The notes under the pieces were generated by a model. It ran no database searches. It was given only the letters and a program-made list of their open reading frames with translations, and was not told where the DNA came from. A DNA stretch of 64,000 nucleotides, taken from positions 9,450,850 to 9,514,849 of the forward strand of contig NC_134029.1 of the NCBI RefSeq assembly GCF_964204645.1. Direction: 5' to 3'. Below are positions 28,401 through 39,395 of this stretch, piece by piece (within the stretch, counting starts at the first letter, position 1; every line of letters starts with the position of its first letter). The position numbers and the translations under genes are program-made. This DNA is from Tubulanus polymorphus (lineage: Eukaryota > Animalia > Nemertea).

Positions 28401-31400
28401 ATGTACGGGCTGAATTGAATAGCCTACATCCGGCAATTAAAAGCGTCGGTATTCCATCTCATCACACTTCCCTGTGTAGATTAAGTAATATCAGCCTGTT
28501 GTTCAGACAGAGCTGATAACAGCTAATAACAATCAATTATCTATTAGCTGAATCAAGTCAGGGCATGAAGTGATTAATACATGATCATTGTGGCTGTTAA
28601 GGCTGGCTAATGTCGACAAGCAACGCGACGCCTACCGACTCCTACCGATGCAACTGAGAGCAACCGCGATCGCAGCCCAGCTTATGTCGACTGCGCTCCG
28701 ATTAGCAGCAACTGAGGCCGACTATCGGGATACGAGATCCTCCCAGTTGCTTCCCTGCTTATGTTGGTTACGATTACTGGCAACTGCAACGGCTCAGATG
28801 GTCACGTGATAAGCATTTTGAGAATAAATTTGATTTATTTTGAATTATTGGGAAATACATTTCTATTAGAAAATCTATTTCTTTAAGATCTTTATCTTTC
28901 TGATTCTGTTTTGAATACAATGAGCTAGCGACATCATATAAAGATGGCCGCTCACACCATAATTCTACCAATTTCGCTTCTAGATCTTCGGTCCAGTCAT
29001 CTGCCGAGCTGAAACTTTGGTTAACGTTTCGAAATATTTGAATTTGAAAGTTTATGACTAATTATGAATGACGCTAACTAGCGGTCATAATTTGTACTAT
29101 GTATATGCGGTCTCTTATTGGCTGGAACCCTTGCGCTCAGTTCCGTCGCGTCGCAGATGAGCTTATGTCGGTTGCGATCGAAAGCAACTGTCTGCCTACC
29201 GTAGGCCGCAGTAGAACATGGGCAACAAGCCGGATACGGCTTGCGACGAGTCGGTAGGCGTCGGGTTGCCGTCGCAAGCCGGCTTATGTCGAACCGATAG
29301 AGCAGCACTTGGCGGCCTCTCATAGGCCGCTAATCGGCGATAAACCCAGTTGCGTCGGTAGGCGTCGTGTTGCTTGTCAACATAAGCCAGCCTTTATAAC
29401 CTGAGTTTCGTGGTTTACAAAGTACCGTACTAAGAGCCGAATTTGCCAGTGTTTACAGAGCGAGTTGGATTCACACGAGGGGAGTGTTTTCAAGATGGCA
29501 TATCCATGCTATCTTCATTTTCTTATATTTTGCAAAATGCGAATTATGATCGCATTGTAAAGTGCGCGTCAATACGACTACAACTGCCTATATCATTCTT
29601 TTTAATGGCTTCTTATATGAAGGAGAATAAAAAGATGAAATTTGACGTGAAATAGACTTCAGTCATTCCCTGGCTTATTGTAGCATACAGCAATACCAGT
29701 CTGTGTTCAAATGCTGCCAGCTCAGTATCATACTGAGATGAGGTTTCTGGTGCGGAATCATGTACCAATTTCACACTTAAATGTTAAATGCTATAAAGAT
29801 TAAATTCTACAAATGTTAGAAATTCATGTTCAGGTACAATTCTTTTTCCTCGGGGTTTTTTCAAATTTAACACATAAAAACATTGACCGCTTATCTGCAT
29901 CGATTATCCATAATCATTTTCTCCAGTTTAGACGAATTTTTTTATGATAAGTTCATTTGTTGAACCCATTCTATGACAGTAGAGCCAAAATGTGTTCAAA
30001 AGCGCAAAATCAATGTTCATGAGAAATTAAGCCATGGCTTGATATATATTTATTATGTTGATTGCTTTGCTGGAATGATCGCTATTCTTTACATTTTGCT
30101 TGTTCATCTATTAGGCCTACCTGAATTAGGCCTATCGCGCAAGACCCTAACGGGTTATTCGCGTTCAATGCTGCTGTTAGATTTAACTTATGCAAAAATT
30201 TGTTAATTAAGTAAACCGAATTACTAACGAACCATAGAATATAGGCTCATATTCAAAATACGATTGAAAATTGGAATATCGTATTTGTGGACTTATAATA
30301 TTGTCAATGAAGTTGGAAATGTACCCGTGTGATAAATCTGACGTCGCTATGGGTATAGATGTATGCTGACATTTTTCTGCACAATTTATATCACTGGCAA
30401 CTGGCTTTGCATCCTACGTCTACATGTAAATATCATCATATGGCCCGGTGTCATTTCTAATGAACACTTTTTGCATATGTTTCAGTATGAAAAAATGCAA
30501 GACTTGCATGAATACACAGTATACGAAAACATCATCAACTAGGTATGAAGATAGGCTATATACTCTCCAAAGTTTTAGGACAAAACGGATGATTAAAAAC
30601 TATTTCTATTCATTTTCAGTTCAACTTCATCATCAGCTAATAAAACTATATCTCAATCCTAATACCTTCATACTTATCATTGATGATTAATAGAATGAGC
30701 TTCAGCTGTATTACTGCCACTCGGACGGTATTTATTGTAATATTCATATGAAAACTAGGGGTCCAGGGACACCATGCCCACTTGGGAAGTGGTTTCAAAT
30801 GCTCAACAATCTAACAATTTCAACATTCAACGCCCCCTGGTGACCATTTACAAAAACCAATGACATTGAAACTCACCACAATCATAGAACATGTCAGCAG
30901 CTACGATTTTGTAATTGATTGTGATAACAAAATATGCCTCGTTACCAATTTAATATGGAAATACTAAGTCATTCTACTATTCAACGCCCCCTGGAGACCA
31001 TATTCAAAACCCAATGACCTCGAAACTCACCGCAAGCATAGAACATGTCATGAACTACAACTTTGCAATTGATCATGGTAACAAAATATGTTTAGGTACC
31101 AATATAATAAGGAAATACTAAGTTATTCTACTATTCAACGCCCCCTGGTGACCATATAGAAAAACTTATGTCCTTAAAACTCGCAACAATCATAGATGAT
31201 GTCATGAGCTACAACTTTCCAATTGATTGTAGTTACAAAATATGTATAGGTACGAATATAATAAAGAAATGCTAAGATATTGTATTATTCAACACCCCCT
31301 GGTGGCCATATACGAAATCCAATTACCTTGAAACTCACCACAATCATAGAACACGTTATGAGCTACAACTTTCTAATTGATTGTGGTAGCAAAATATGCT

Positions 31401-34400
31401 TAGGTATCAATATAATGTGGAAAAACTTTTTCCCACTTACGAATGAGTACTTGTGACACCAAGATGGCCGCCAATTGCGTCATAATTGGCTAATGAAAAA
31501 TACATGTCTCAGGTATAAAACATCCCTTTCCAAAGAATACCCATCACAAATTGTAATGAGAAATGGCAAACCAGTAGGAAGCTACAGGACTCAGAATTTG
31601 GGCCAAAATTAACATTTTTGGGCACTAAAAAGGTCATAGGACGGCCATCCTGAGTCCGGGTGACCCAATTTTTGTTATGTTGATGGGCCCTGGGGGATTC
31701 ACATATATCCGAAAGATCAAGGTAATTGATCAAAGCGTCTTCAAAATTTCCCTCAAAAAGTTCAAAAATGTGTAAAAAGTGCTGATTTTGGCGAACAACA
31801 ATGGCTGCCAGTCGGCCATTTTGATTCTGACAGGGCCAGTTTTTGGGCTGAAGATGTGTCTAGGGTAGATACATGTGTAACCCAAATATCAAGACATTAC
31901 CTTGAAGCGTCTTCAAAACTTCCCAAAATAACTGGATTCCGTCGACGGACGGACGGACGGACGAAAAGTGAACGCAATAGCCCGCTGGGACTAAAGTCCC
32001 AAGTGGGCTAATAAAAATTCTGTGAGTTTTTAAGCCTAGCGTACATCGGAATAGCAACTGATCATTTCCAGTTGCTGGTGAGCGAGTACACCGCGCACAT
32101 CGAAAATCTAGTAACAACCAGCGACTGCGTTAACCCTTTCAGTGCGTCTACACCGCAATGCGGTGTATAAATCAGTGATAGATTTTGCTAGTACACCGCA
32201 CTGCAGTGTATTGATGTAATTAGTAATTATCTCTCTTGAAAATGGCAGCACCTGTCAAACATAGTGAAATATTAGTAACTAACGATATACCGCGCCACGG
32301 TGTAGATGCACTATAGTGGTATTCCTGTTATTCGACACACTAGGGTGGAATTTCTTTAAATTTTCAAATTATCTCCAGCACTATAGGGTATTAATTAGTC
32401 AGCACTGAAAGGGTTAAGCGATTCTTTAGCAATTGATCACTTGGCGTCTCCCGTGTGCTATCAATGGAGACGGAGAGGCGATAATCTTTCCCGGCAAACA
32501 TCTAGCGACTGGTCAAGATGGCCAGGCTACTGCCTAGACCGTCGCCATATTTGGAGGTATAACATGATGGTCTTCTAGCTGTATATTCTAGCTAGATATT
32601 TCTAACTGGAAATTTGGTCCCGTAAAAATTATTTACGGCAACTTACCCACTGTCAGAAGAATACCAGAAATATCTTTTTTCTATAAAAACAAAAAAATTC
32701 CCAGCCTACCTGCCCATTTTAGTGATTACCCAGTCTGAGCGCCAAAGTTTTTTTGGTGTGGCCTTAGCAATAAGCATCAAACTAAATCATTTTGACCGTT
32801 ATTTTCAAGTCTCATGGGTTTTAAGAGTCTATAACCAGTGCCACCGATAATTTGCGCTGAGTAGATTATGAAGACCATGCATGTATTAACACATGAACTA
32901 AACGCACATTACAAACTGTGGAAACCTGTAGCTCTGATGCTATAATAGTGATCATCAAAGATGGCTTTTTCATTTCACGTCTCTTGATTTGAGAGTCCAT
33001 TATCAATATTGCTAATCAGCTATTAATCTATGACGTTGATGGACTTCAGGACCCCGGTTTCATGAAAATTAAATTATTGATAACTAAAATCAATGTTTTA
33101 AACTCTTATCCACAACAAACCAAATTTATCTTTTTGCTATCTCCCAGGTTGAATTGAGACGCTTTACAGCAACTACCATAAGCTCTTTTTTGATGCCTTA
33201 TAAAACGTTACCATTATGAAACCTAAACAATGTTAACCATTCAGCGTCATTTTACAAACAACAACCGTAAATCGATTTGCAAAACGTCACAGGTCTATGT
33301 GTACACATACAAGCTATTTGGCAAAATATTATTGACAAAGATGTAGAATGTCTTCCTGTGATTATATAATGAGCTCTATTTGAACGTCGAAACGTTATAT
33401 TGCATTGAATATCATTAGAAGACGTGCTGTAATAGTAATGGTTGTATGATTATATCAGAAGCGGCAGGCATAAATAGAAATGATAAGTAAATCGGATCAT
33501 TCGGTCAAAATGGCGGATGTATACACGATGCGGAAGTCTAATATAAAAGAACGGAGTGGCTACTCGTACGGACCTGTATGAATAATTCCATAGGCTATTC
33601 GTACACACCCGTATGGATTACTCTGGTTCGTACGGGAAGGGATAGGGTTAGGGTAAGGTGAGGCTATATGTAGTTAAAACATTCGGCTGACTGTCAGCGA
33701 GCTCGGTGGTCTAGTGGTATGATGCGCTAGTCATTTACTGGCCCGGGTTTGAGTATCGCTCAGTCCGCTCTATTTTTCTCTAACTCTATTCTCCACACTT
33801 TCCTTGAATTTTCTAAGTCGCGCACCTCTGTACGCATGCGTGGCATTAATCAGCCAATCAGCAACAGTTATTAGCGTACAGATCCTAGTTCCGTAGGAAT
33901 AGCCTCCAGAGTAATCCGTACGGGTCCGTGCGAGTAGCCACAGCGATAAAAGAAAGACCCTGACATGGGGATGCTGGTGGAATGACAAAGCTATCTACGA
34001 TCTGTGTAGGGCCGGTGTGAATTTTATCGGCGGCTACAAGCGGTCAATATGGATATGTGTAAACATATGATTTCAATATTCAAATGCTTTAGAAAATATG
34101 TTCGATATTAGGGTATGCAGGTTTCATGAGAACAATCTTCAATTTGATTAGCAATTTACAATAGCATAGCTGTTGTATACGGCTCCGCGTCCTCTGATGC
34201 CATGTGTATCAGGGGACAATTTAATTCAATTCTTTATTGATCCGATTCCCAAATTCAATAAAGTTACAATTCTAAAATAAGAAAATACAATATACAAAAC
34301 ACAAGTTACAAATTTAAGAATAAGAAAATACAACATACAAAACACGTGCGTAATTCGTACAGAATAACATGAACAAGTTATTTCAAATGACAATGTCTCC

Positions 34401-37400
34401 AGTACAACCCAGGCTCAAGTATTGAGTGATGGCAGCCAAACCGACTGGGCTAGGCCACACGATATGCTCCGAAGTCATGATAAAGCAGACATCAGAAGAA
34501 CTCTTTCCTCAGCCACGGAAGCAATGAAGTTGCAGACCAGCTTAGAGGCATAAGTGAGAAGTCGGTTGCAAGTTATCGTTATTGACAATTTTTAATAAAA
34601 AGATTAAACCACTATTTACAGTCAAAGGCCAGTATCACCTACCCAATCGCCAACTCTCATAATTCCCAAACTTCGATTTCAAATTTGCAATCCCACATTA
34701 GCTTATCCCAAAAATTCTACATTTTTTTCGCAGCGTCAAATAATTTATTAAAATTAATTTTCTTGTTCTTGTTTTTATGTCTGTGACTAGTTTAAAAAAA
34801 AGAAAAATATGTCTAATGGCTATTACTATTTCAGAAAAATAACCAAATAATATACTTATTCCTAGCTTAAAAAGATAAAAGAATGCCTATGTCTATTCCT
34901 AGTTATAACTAAGATTTATAATTAATTATCAATTTTACTTTGAACGTAGGCCTGTAGGCCTATAGAATCTGGGTGGAAATGTCTGAAAATAAACGACAGC
35001 ATTTTCTAATCATCGTTTGTTCATTCTAAATTGTTGAAAAATCAATGGTGGCATTTTTTCTTGCCATTTTCACAGGTGGCATTTTTAGCATTTTAGCAAG
35101 GAACTACACCCAATTGGCAATTCAAACTACCATTCAGAAAGCAGGATAGCAGGTTAAGGATGAATAAGAAAATACAAGAAAACAGAATAGCATGGAAATG
35201 CCATCTTGAAAATACTCAGCATAACTCAAGCGGGCTTATCAAGCTCTGATTGACGTGTGAATGCAATATTGGTCTTTATTATCAACCGCAGTATCCTGGC
35301 AAATTCAAGACCACATAAATACGGTATAAGAATAACTTCTTTAAACTCAGAATCTTGTGTGAATGTCGCTATTGTTTGTAACCTGCAACTCTGGAATTCT
35401 GGCTATTCCCCTGAGGTATAAGCCTAGAGACCTATCTTTCAGGGCATCCTTAAATGTCATATAGATGTGGATTCCACATCATTCGAAAGAAGAAGATTAG
35501 GGATATTTCAGTCACTGTAAAAATAAATAGCATTTTATTTGATACTACCCAAGAACGGCTAATATCGTGAAAAATATCTTATAGGTCTGACTTTGAATAA
35601 CATATTTCTAATAAAAGAAATGATTGACAGCTCTGAAATTAATTGTTATAATGAACATATTTTTGATACCGTAAGATTTCTCAGGTTTGTGATTTGCCAT
35701 TTGCTTCCTGTGAACTGCTTCCAGCATTTTTACTTCTACCCTTCCAGGTTTTAGATTAGAAAGATTGAAATCAGACAATGTTACTTCATGATTTCCAAAC
35801 ATATTCGCCCATAAAGGCCAAAATCTCGTGATAGGACTTTCTTAATGACCCTTCTTAATGACTTAGAATGAGTAAAATTAAGTACCGGTCCACAAAATAT
35901 TCAAAATTCATCCTATATAAAGTCTGATGAATGCTGTTGATGCACATTGTTTGTACACAGGTAACAGATTACTGATCAGTGAGGAATTTGAACTGAATCA
36001 TACTACAGCGCGAGAGAGAGTGTAGGAAAGAGCACGGAGTATAGAAGCAAAACGCTGCTGTTCAGACTTTATGATTGCATATGTTAAGATAACATGTCTT
36101 CGCTTACTAGTTGAGCATCCTGTTTCCCACATGAAGAGCGATTTATATTGTGTTACTCACTACAACTCTGAATTCATGGTCTGCACTGCACCAACTACCT
36201 GTAGGCCTACCAGAGTGTATTGATCATCATTAGTGGGTGAAAAATCTGTTTTGCAGTCGGTATACCTACTACAGTTGAAACGTTTTACAATCTTAACAAA
36301 CGCGCATTTGAATCAGGGGTGGAACCGAGAATTTGTGAAAGGGGGGTACCAAAGAAGCAATTTAGAATTATGGCAATGCGGTATAAGGCAGTGCACGACC
36401 ATGCACCTCAAGGGCGTCTGGAAAATTAGATGCTTTCTGGTGCATTCTGAGCACATTTTGCAAAAAATAAAAATATTACAATGACGAATTTTGTGTCAAA
36501 TTGTTGAGCAGTGTATCTTTACTTTGACATGCTATTGACTGTTTTTGAAACGTTTGGTAGGCCTAGGCCAAAAAAGGAGACGCAGGCCAGGTGCACATCC
36601 CCCCCTGGATCCGCCAATGTGAACTATTGTTAAAAAAAAGTATAAATTGCAAGAATCGATAATTTTCAATCATATCACTTTTTCCTTAAAATGTTAAACT
36701 CATTAGATTAGGCCCTATAATGATTGGCGTTGGAAAGATCTAGGATTTTTGAAGGGGCAGGATTCATCTGATGAGAAGTGAGCAGCAATGGCCATCGAAC
36801 ACTGGTAATTGCCTAATCAAATACTATAGGCCCTAGTATAATTTTTTGCACAACTAAAATTTTTACAAAAATACTTTTGCCGACTCTTTTTAGGGATCTT
36901 GATTCTCAAGGGTTGGGTCTAACCGTGCCCCAGAGAAAGCCTACCTCTTAGATCCACCCCTTTTAACCTATTTTAGCTATGATTGGATCATTTTTAAAGA
37001 CTAAGGGAGTTTAAAACCACAAATTTATCAATCAGTTTAATTTCCTTCTTACTTATAGCCAATTCAATCTCAATCTGAATTCACTAGAATCTATATAGAA
37101 CTGCATACCTTGTAAGTTTAGGAACTTACTAGGAGTGCTATGCAGCCTTGAACCTCAGACATTCACAATTTGTTTTGCATATGGGCATTCAGTTTTAAAT
37201 GTATAGTGATGGGACTATAGGGTTTAATAGGCCATGTTGTTTGTGAGTTCATTTTCAAGTAACGTCTTGGACGATGTTCCATATAAAACCTGAACAGTGC
37301 ATGGGCCTAATTTGGAGAACTGTGGTTCTTCAAGGGCCAGTTGCCCAACAGTCGGTTTAATTTAACCTTGCAATAAATGTAACAATAACATAACAATGCA

Positions 37401-38845
37401 GTTTTTAATTGTCACTACTGTGATGTTTTTGAAACTAGAAGTGTTTTCTGAGCACATGGAGTGTTCTTGAACCAATGAACGAACCATATTTTGGAAGGTT
37501 ATGGCTATTTTCAATGCGGCACATCAACGTTCGACGACAATCAGGATCTCAAGCTGTACAGGTTTGAGCCCCTAAATCATTGCAGTTAAAAGGCACTGAT
37601 GAATGCAGTACTACATTACTACTGCTACCACACGCCATGTCTACAGCCGATCGATCAAATACAGTAAACTCTAAGTTTACGTTTTTAAGCCTAAGTCGGA
37701 TCCGGCAGAGTTGTATAACCGCTCAACTCGGTACAATATTTAAAAAATTTACAGTTTCCTATAGGCTATAAAGTAATGCTTTCGTATTCACCTAAGCCAT
37801 AGCCGGACAAGTCGGATAATCGCCTATCTGTTAGCAATGTCTCAGTCATATTCGTTACTTACTGCGCCTAAGTCGTATATTCTGAACGACCATTCAATGG
37901 GTGTTAAATACATGATACTGGTTAGACCAATCATTGGTCTAACCAGTATCATGTATTTAACACCCAGTGAATTCTGACAATTTATGACCAAACCATTAAT
38001 GTTCGTAAGGGCCGGCGCTGACAGTTCCAAACAGTAAATGAATTCTGAGGCTGGATTCGAATCCCGGATAAATGACGCTGACAGCAGAACGACTGCTGGC
38101 ATGCGAGGCCGTACCCGGTATGTGAATGCTGATGAGGGGATTCCCAGGCTACAGATTTAGATAGGGCCAATCAATCGTAAATCACGACAGAAGATACAAG
38201 CCGCAAACAACCAAAAACTGAGGTTACTTATTCAAATAGTACACATTTGATTATTTGTTTACGTTTTTTTCTGCATACAACAGTTTTTACAGTGAATAAA
38301 CCTTTTATTAGCAACCATAGTCCTAATAAATGAGTTCCAAAATATTGGTACAGAAATCCACATTCTCATTCCTGTCCTCTAAAAATCTCTTCCTAACAAT
38401 TTGTTCCCAATCTCCTATTGATTTTGTGGAGACATTTTTTGAGAGTTTCATTCACAAATTCGTTAACCGGCATGATTGCTTAGCGCCATTGGGCTTTTTT
38501 AATCCTTGATAAATAATTCTTCAAACTACAAAAAGAGTTTGCCCTATCATTCCTGCATAAAAGATGTTTGCCTGCCTATTAACAGGATAATTAACAAGAG
38601 ATATATGCAAACCGTAAAATTTGTCATGATGATAGGTTGTGTTTAATGAGAATACTAGTAGACTATAGTACAATCGTTAAGTCAATTCCAGGGGCCTGAC
38701 AGGAGGCTAGAAAATGCCGTTTCTATTTTTTACCTGTGCTCCAATTCCCACTTCTACCACTCGCAGAGACTTCATCGACAACCGAACACACAATGACTAT
38801 CAGCAGTGCTATCCAATATGTTTGACTAACGTCCTCGACGGCCAT
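16428..38845 (-). CDS. CSPG4: Chondroitin sulfate proteoglycan 4 (NG2/kon-tiki/perdido orthologue), about 2412 aa
   Basis: Exons 38845-38734 (signal peptide MAVEDVSQTYWIALLIVIVCSVVDEVSA, phase-1 donor), 24031-19415 and 18937-16428 splice in frame (7239 nt). Two laminin-G domains starting SFYG, an EGF-like Cys segment, many CSPG/cadherin-like repeats (FTQxDI...YxHD), one TM helix and a C-terminal PDZ motif KYWV. Exon 1 assignment is inferred from phase and signal peptide. Confidence 0.92.
24761..25826. mobile_element. MULE-like non-autonomous element
   Basis: 9-bp TSD GCTCCCACC; inverted subterminal GGTAAAAATCCCCC repeats; internal duplication at about 25313-25580 and 25584-25760. Confidence 0.8.
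26872..27759 (+). CDS. Transposon-borne spliced ORF of unknown function (216 aa as it stands; 3' part probably chimeric after deletion)
   Basis: Exons 26872-27010, 27102-27162 and 27309-27759 have canonical GT-AG sites and join in frame: MATVVNEIINDDDFDDLFFDSD...DLDKMWAKFHV... Confidence 0.6.
27546..27770 (-). pseudogene. N-terminal zinc-finger fragment of a putative transposase (RAG1-N/Chapaev-like C4 finger)
   Basis: MDLCQLCGKNAKPPDRRPIDKNNFKSHVKELFNIDFDDDTEQYPIYICNMCRVKL. The ATG follows an acceptor at 27774-27773, and a 5'UTR donor lies at 28149. Confidence 0.6.
28600..29393 (-). mobile_element. PIF/Harbinger non-autonomous element with a MADF/Myb-SANT fragment
   Basis: TIRs of about 44 bp starting AGGCTGGCT; 3-bp TSD TTA; internal WTEDLEAKLVELWCERPSLYDVASSLYSKQNQKDK resembles a MADF domain. 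Confidence 0.85.
30752..32015 (-). mobile_element. Helentron-associated (HINE/DINE-1-like) element, family A
   Basis: Terminal palindrome AGCCCGCTGGGACTAAAGTCCCAAGTGGGCT, (GACG)n microsatellite and four internal tandem units of about 154 bp (30826, 30980, 31134, 31288). Confidence 0.75.
32134..32413. mobile_element. piggyBac-like MITE
   Basis: Perfect 12-bp TIR CCCTTTCAGTGC flanked by TTAA on both sides. Confidence 0.85.
33186..34767 (+). mobile_element. Dispersed repeat family B (about 1.15 kb), copy 1; Helentron/HINE-like
   Basis: Homologous to 41626-42813 and 54824-55964; starts in a T-run and ends TTTTCTTGTT. Confidence 0.8.
33552..33945. mobile_element. MULE-like MITE inserted in a dispersed repeat copy
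   Basis: TIRs containing GTGGCTACTCG(T/C)ACGGACC; 9-bp TSD ATAAAAGAA; absent from the two sister copies of the host repeat. Confidence 0.8.
37898..37966. repeat. Perfect 34-bp inverted repeat with a 1-nt spacer
   Basis: TGGGTGTTAAATACATGATACTGGTTAGACCAAT-C-ATTGGTCTAACCAGTATCATGTATTTAACACCCA. Confidence 0.95.
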
Positions 38846-39395
38846 TCTCCTTGTCTTTATTGGTTCATTAAATGCATTTCTAGAGATATTCCCATCAGTA
38901 TCGATAGAGCGAACTGTCAAATCGCCATTTCCGGGTTTAAGTACCTTCTAGAGACGGCGGGGATTTAGCGCGATAGATTCAGAGTAGTGTGTCTTCTCGA
39001 GATGGCGTGGAACTTGCGTTGCCCTCTCTCCTTTAAATACCAAACCATGCTAAACTTTCCTCTGCTGTGAGTCCTGTAAATATGTTATATTGTCTATTTT
39101 AAATCTTATCATGTAATTCTTGTGGATTTTATTTTGCGAATTTCCATGTTTATTTTTTGTCCTGTACCTTTATTGCTTTTTATGCTTATATGTTTTATTG
39201 TAACACCGTCCCTAAGTTGCAATAAAGAAAGAATTGAATTGAGTCAAGAATAATGATGGCGCTATTTCCCGTCGCGGCCAATTGCGCGTTCTTTATAATT
39301 TCAGCCAGCGCTCCTCATCGTATGGAAAATACGTTTTACTTCCAGTATTCTTCGTAATTCGGCTTGTTCAGTAAACTTCGCACTCGAAAACAAAC
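38846..39395. promoter_or_regulatory. Putative bidirectional promoter region, CSPG4/NSA2
   Basis: 550 bp between divergent start codons; TATCGATA (DRE-like) at 38899, ATGGCG, TTTCCCG and CCAAT motifs at about 39255-39285. Confidence 0.55.

Larger units (their letters stand above)
26254..28474. mobile_element. Internally deleted two-gene TIR DNA transposon with P-element-like ends
   Basis: 33-bp TIRs CAGGGAAGTGTGATGAGATGGAATAC(G/C)GACGCT (32/33 match); 7-bp TSD TGTAGAT at 26247-26253 and 28475-28481. Confidence 0.9.

Noticed and set aside
26254-28474. Calling the element a ProtoRAG/RAG transposon
   Set aside because: TIRs lack the CAC heptamer start, the TSD is 7 bp rather than 5 bp, no RAG1 core is present, and the second ORF shows no kelch or PHD features.
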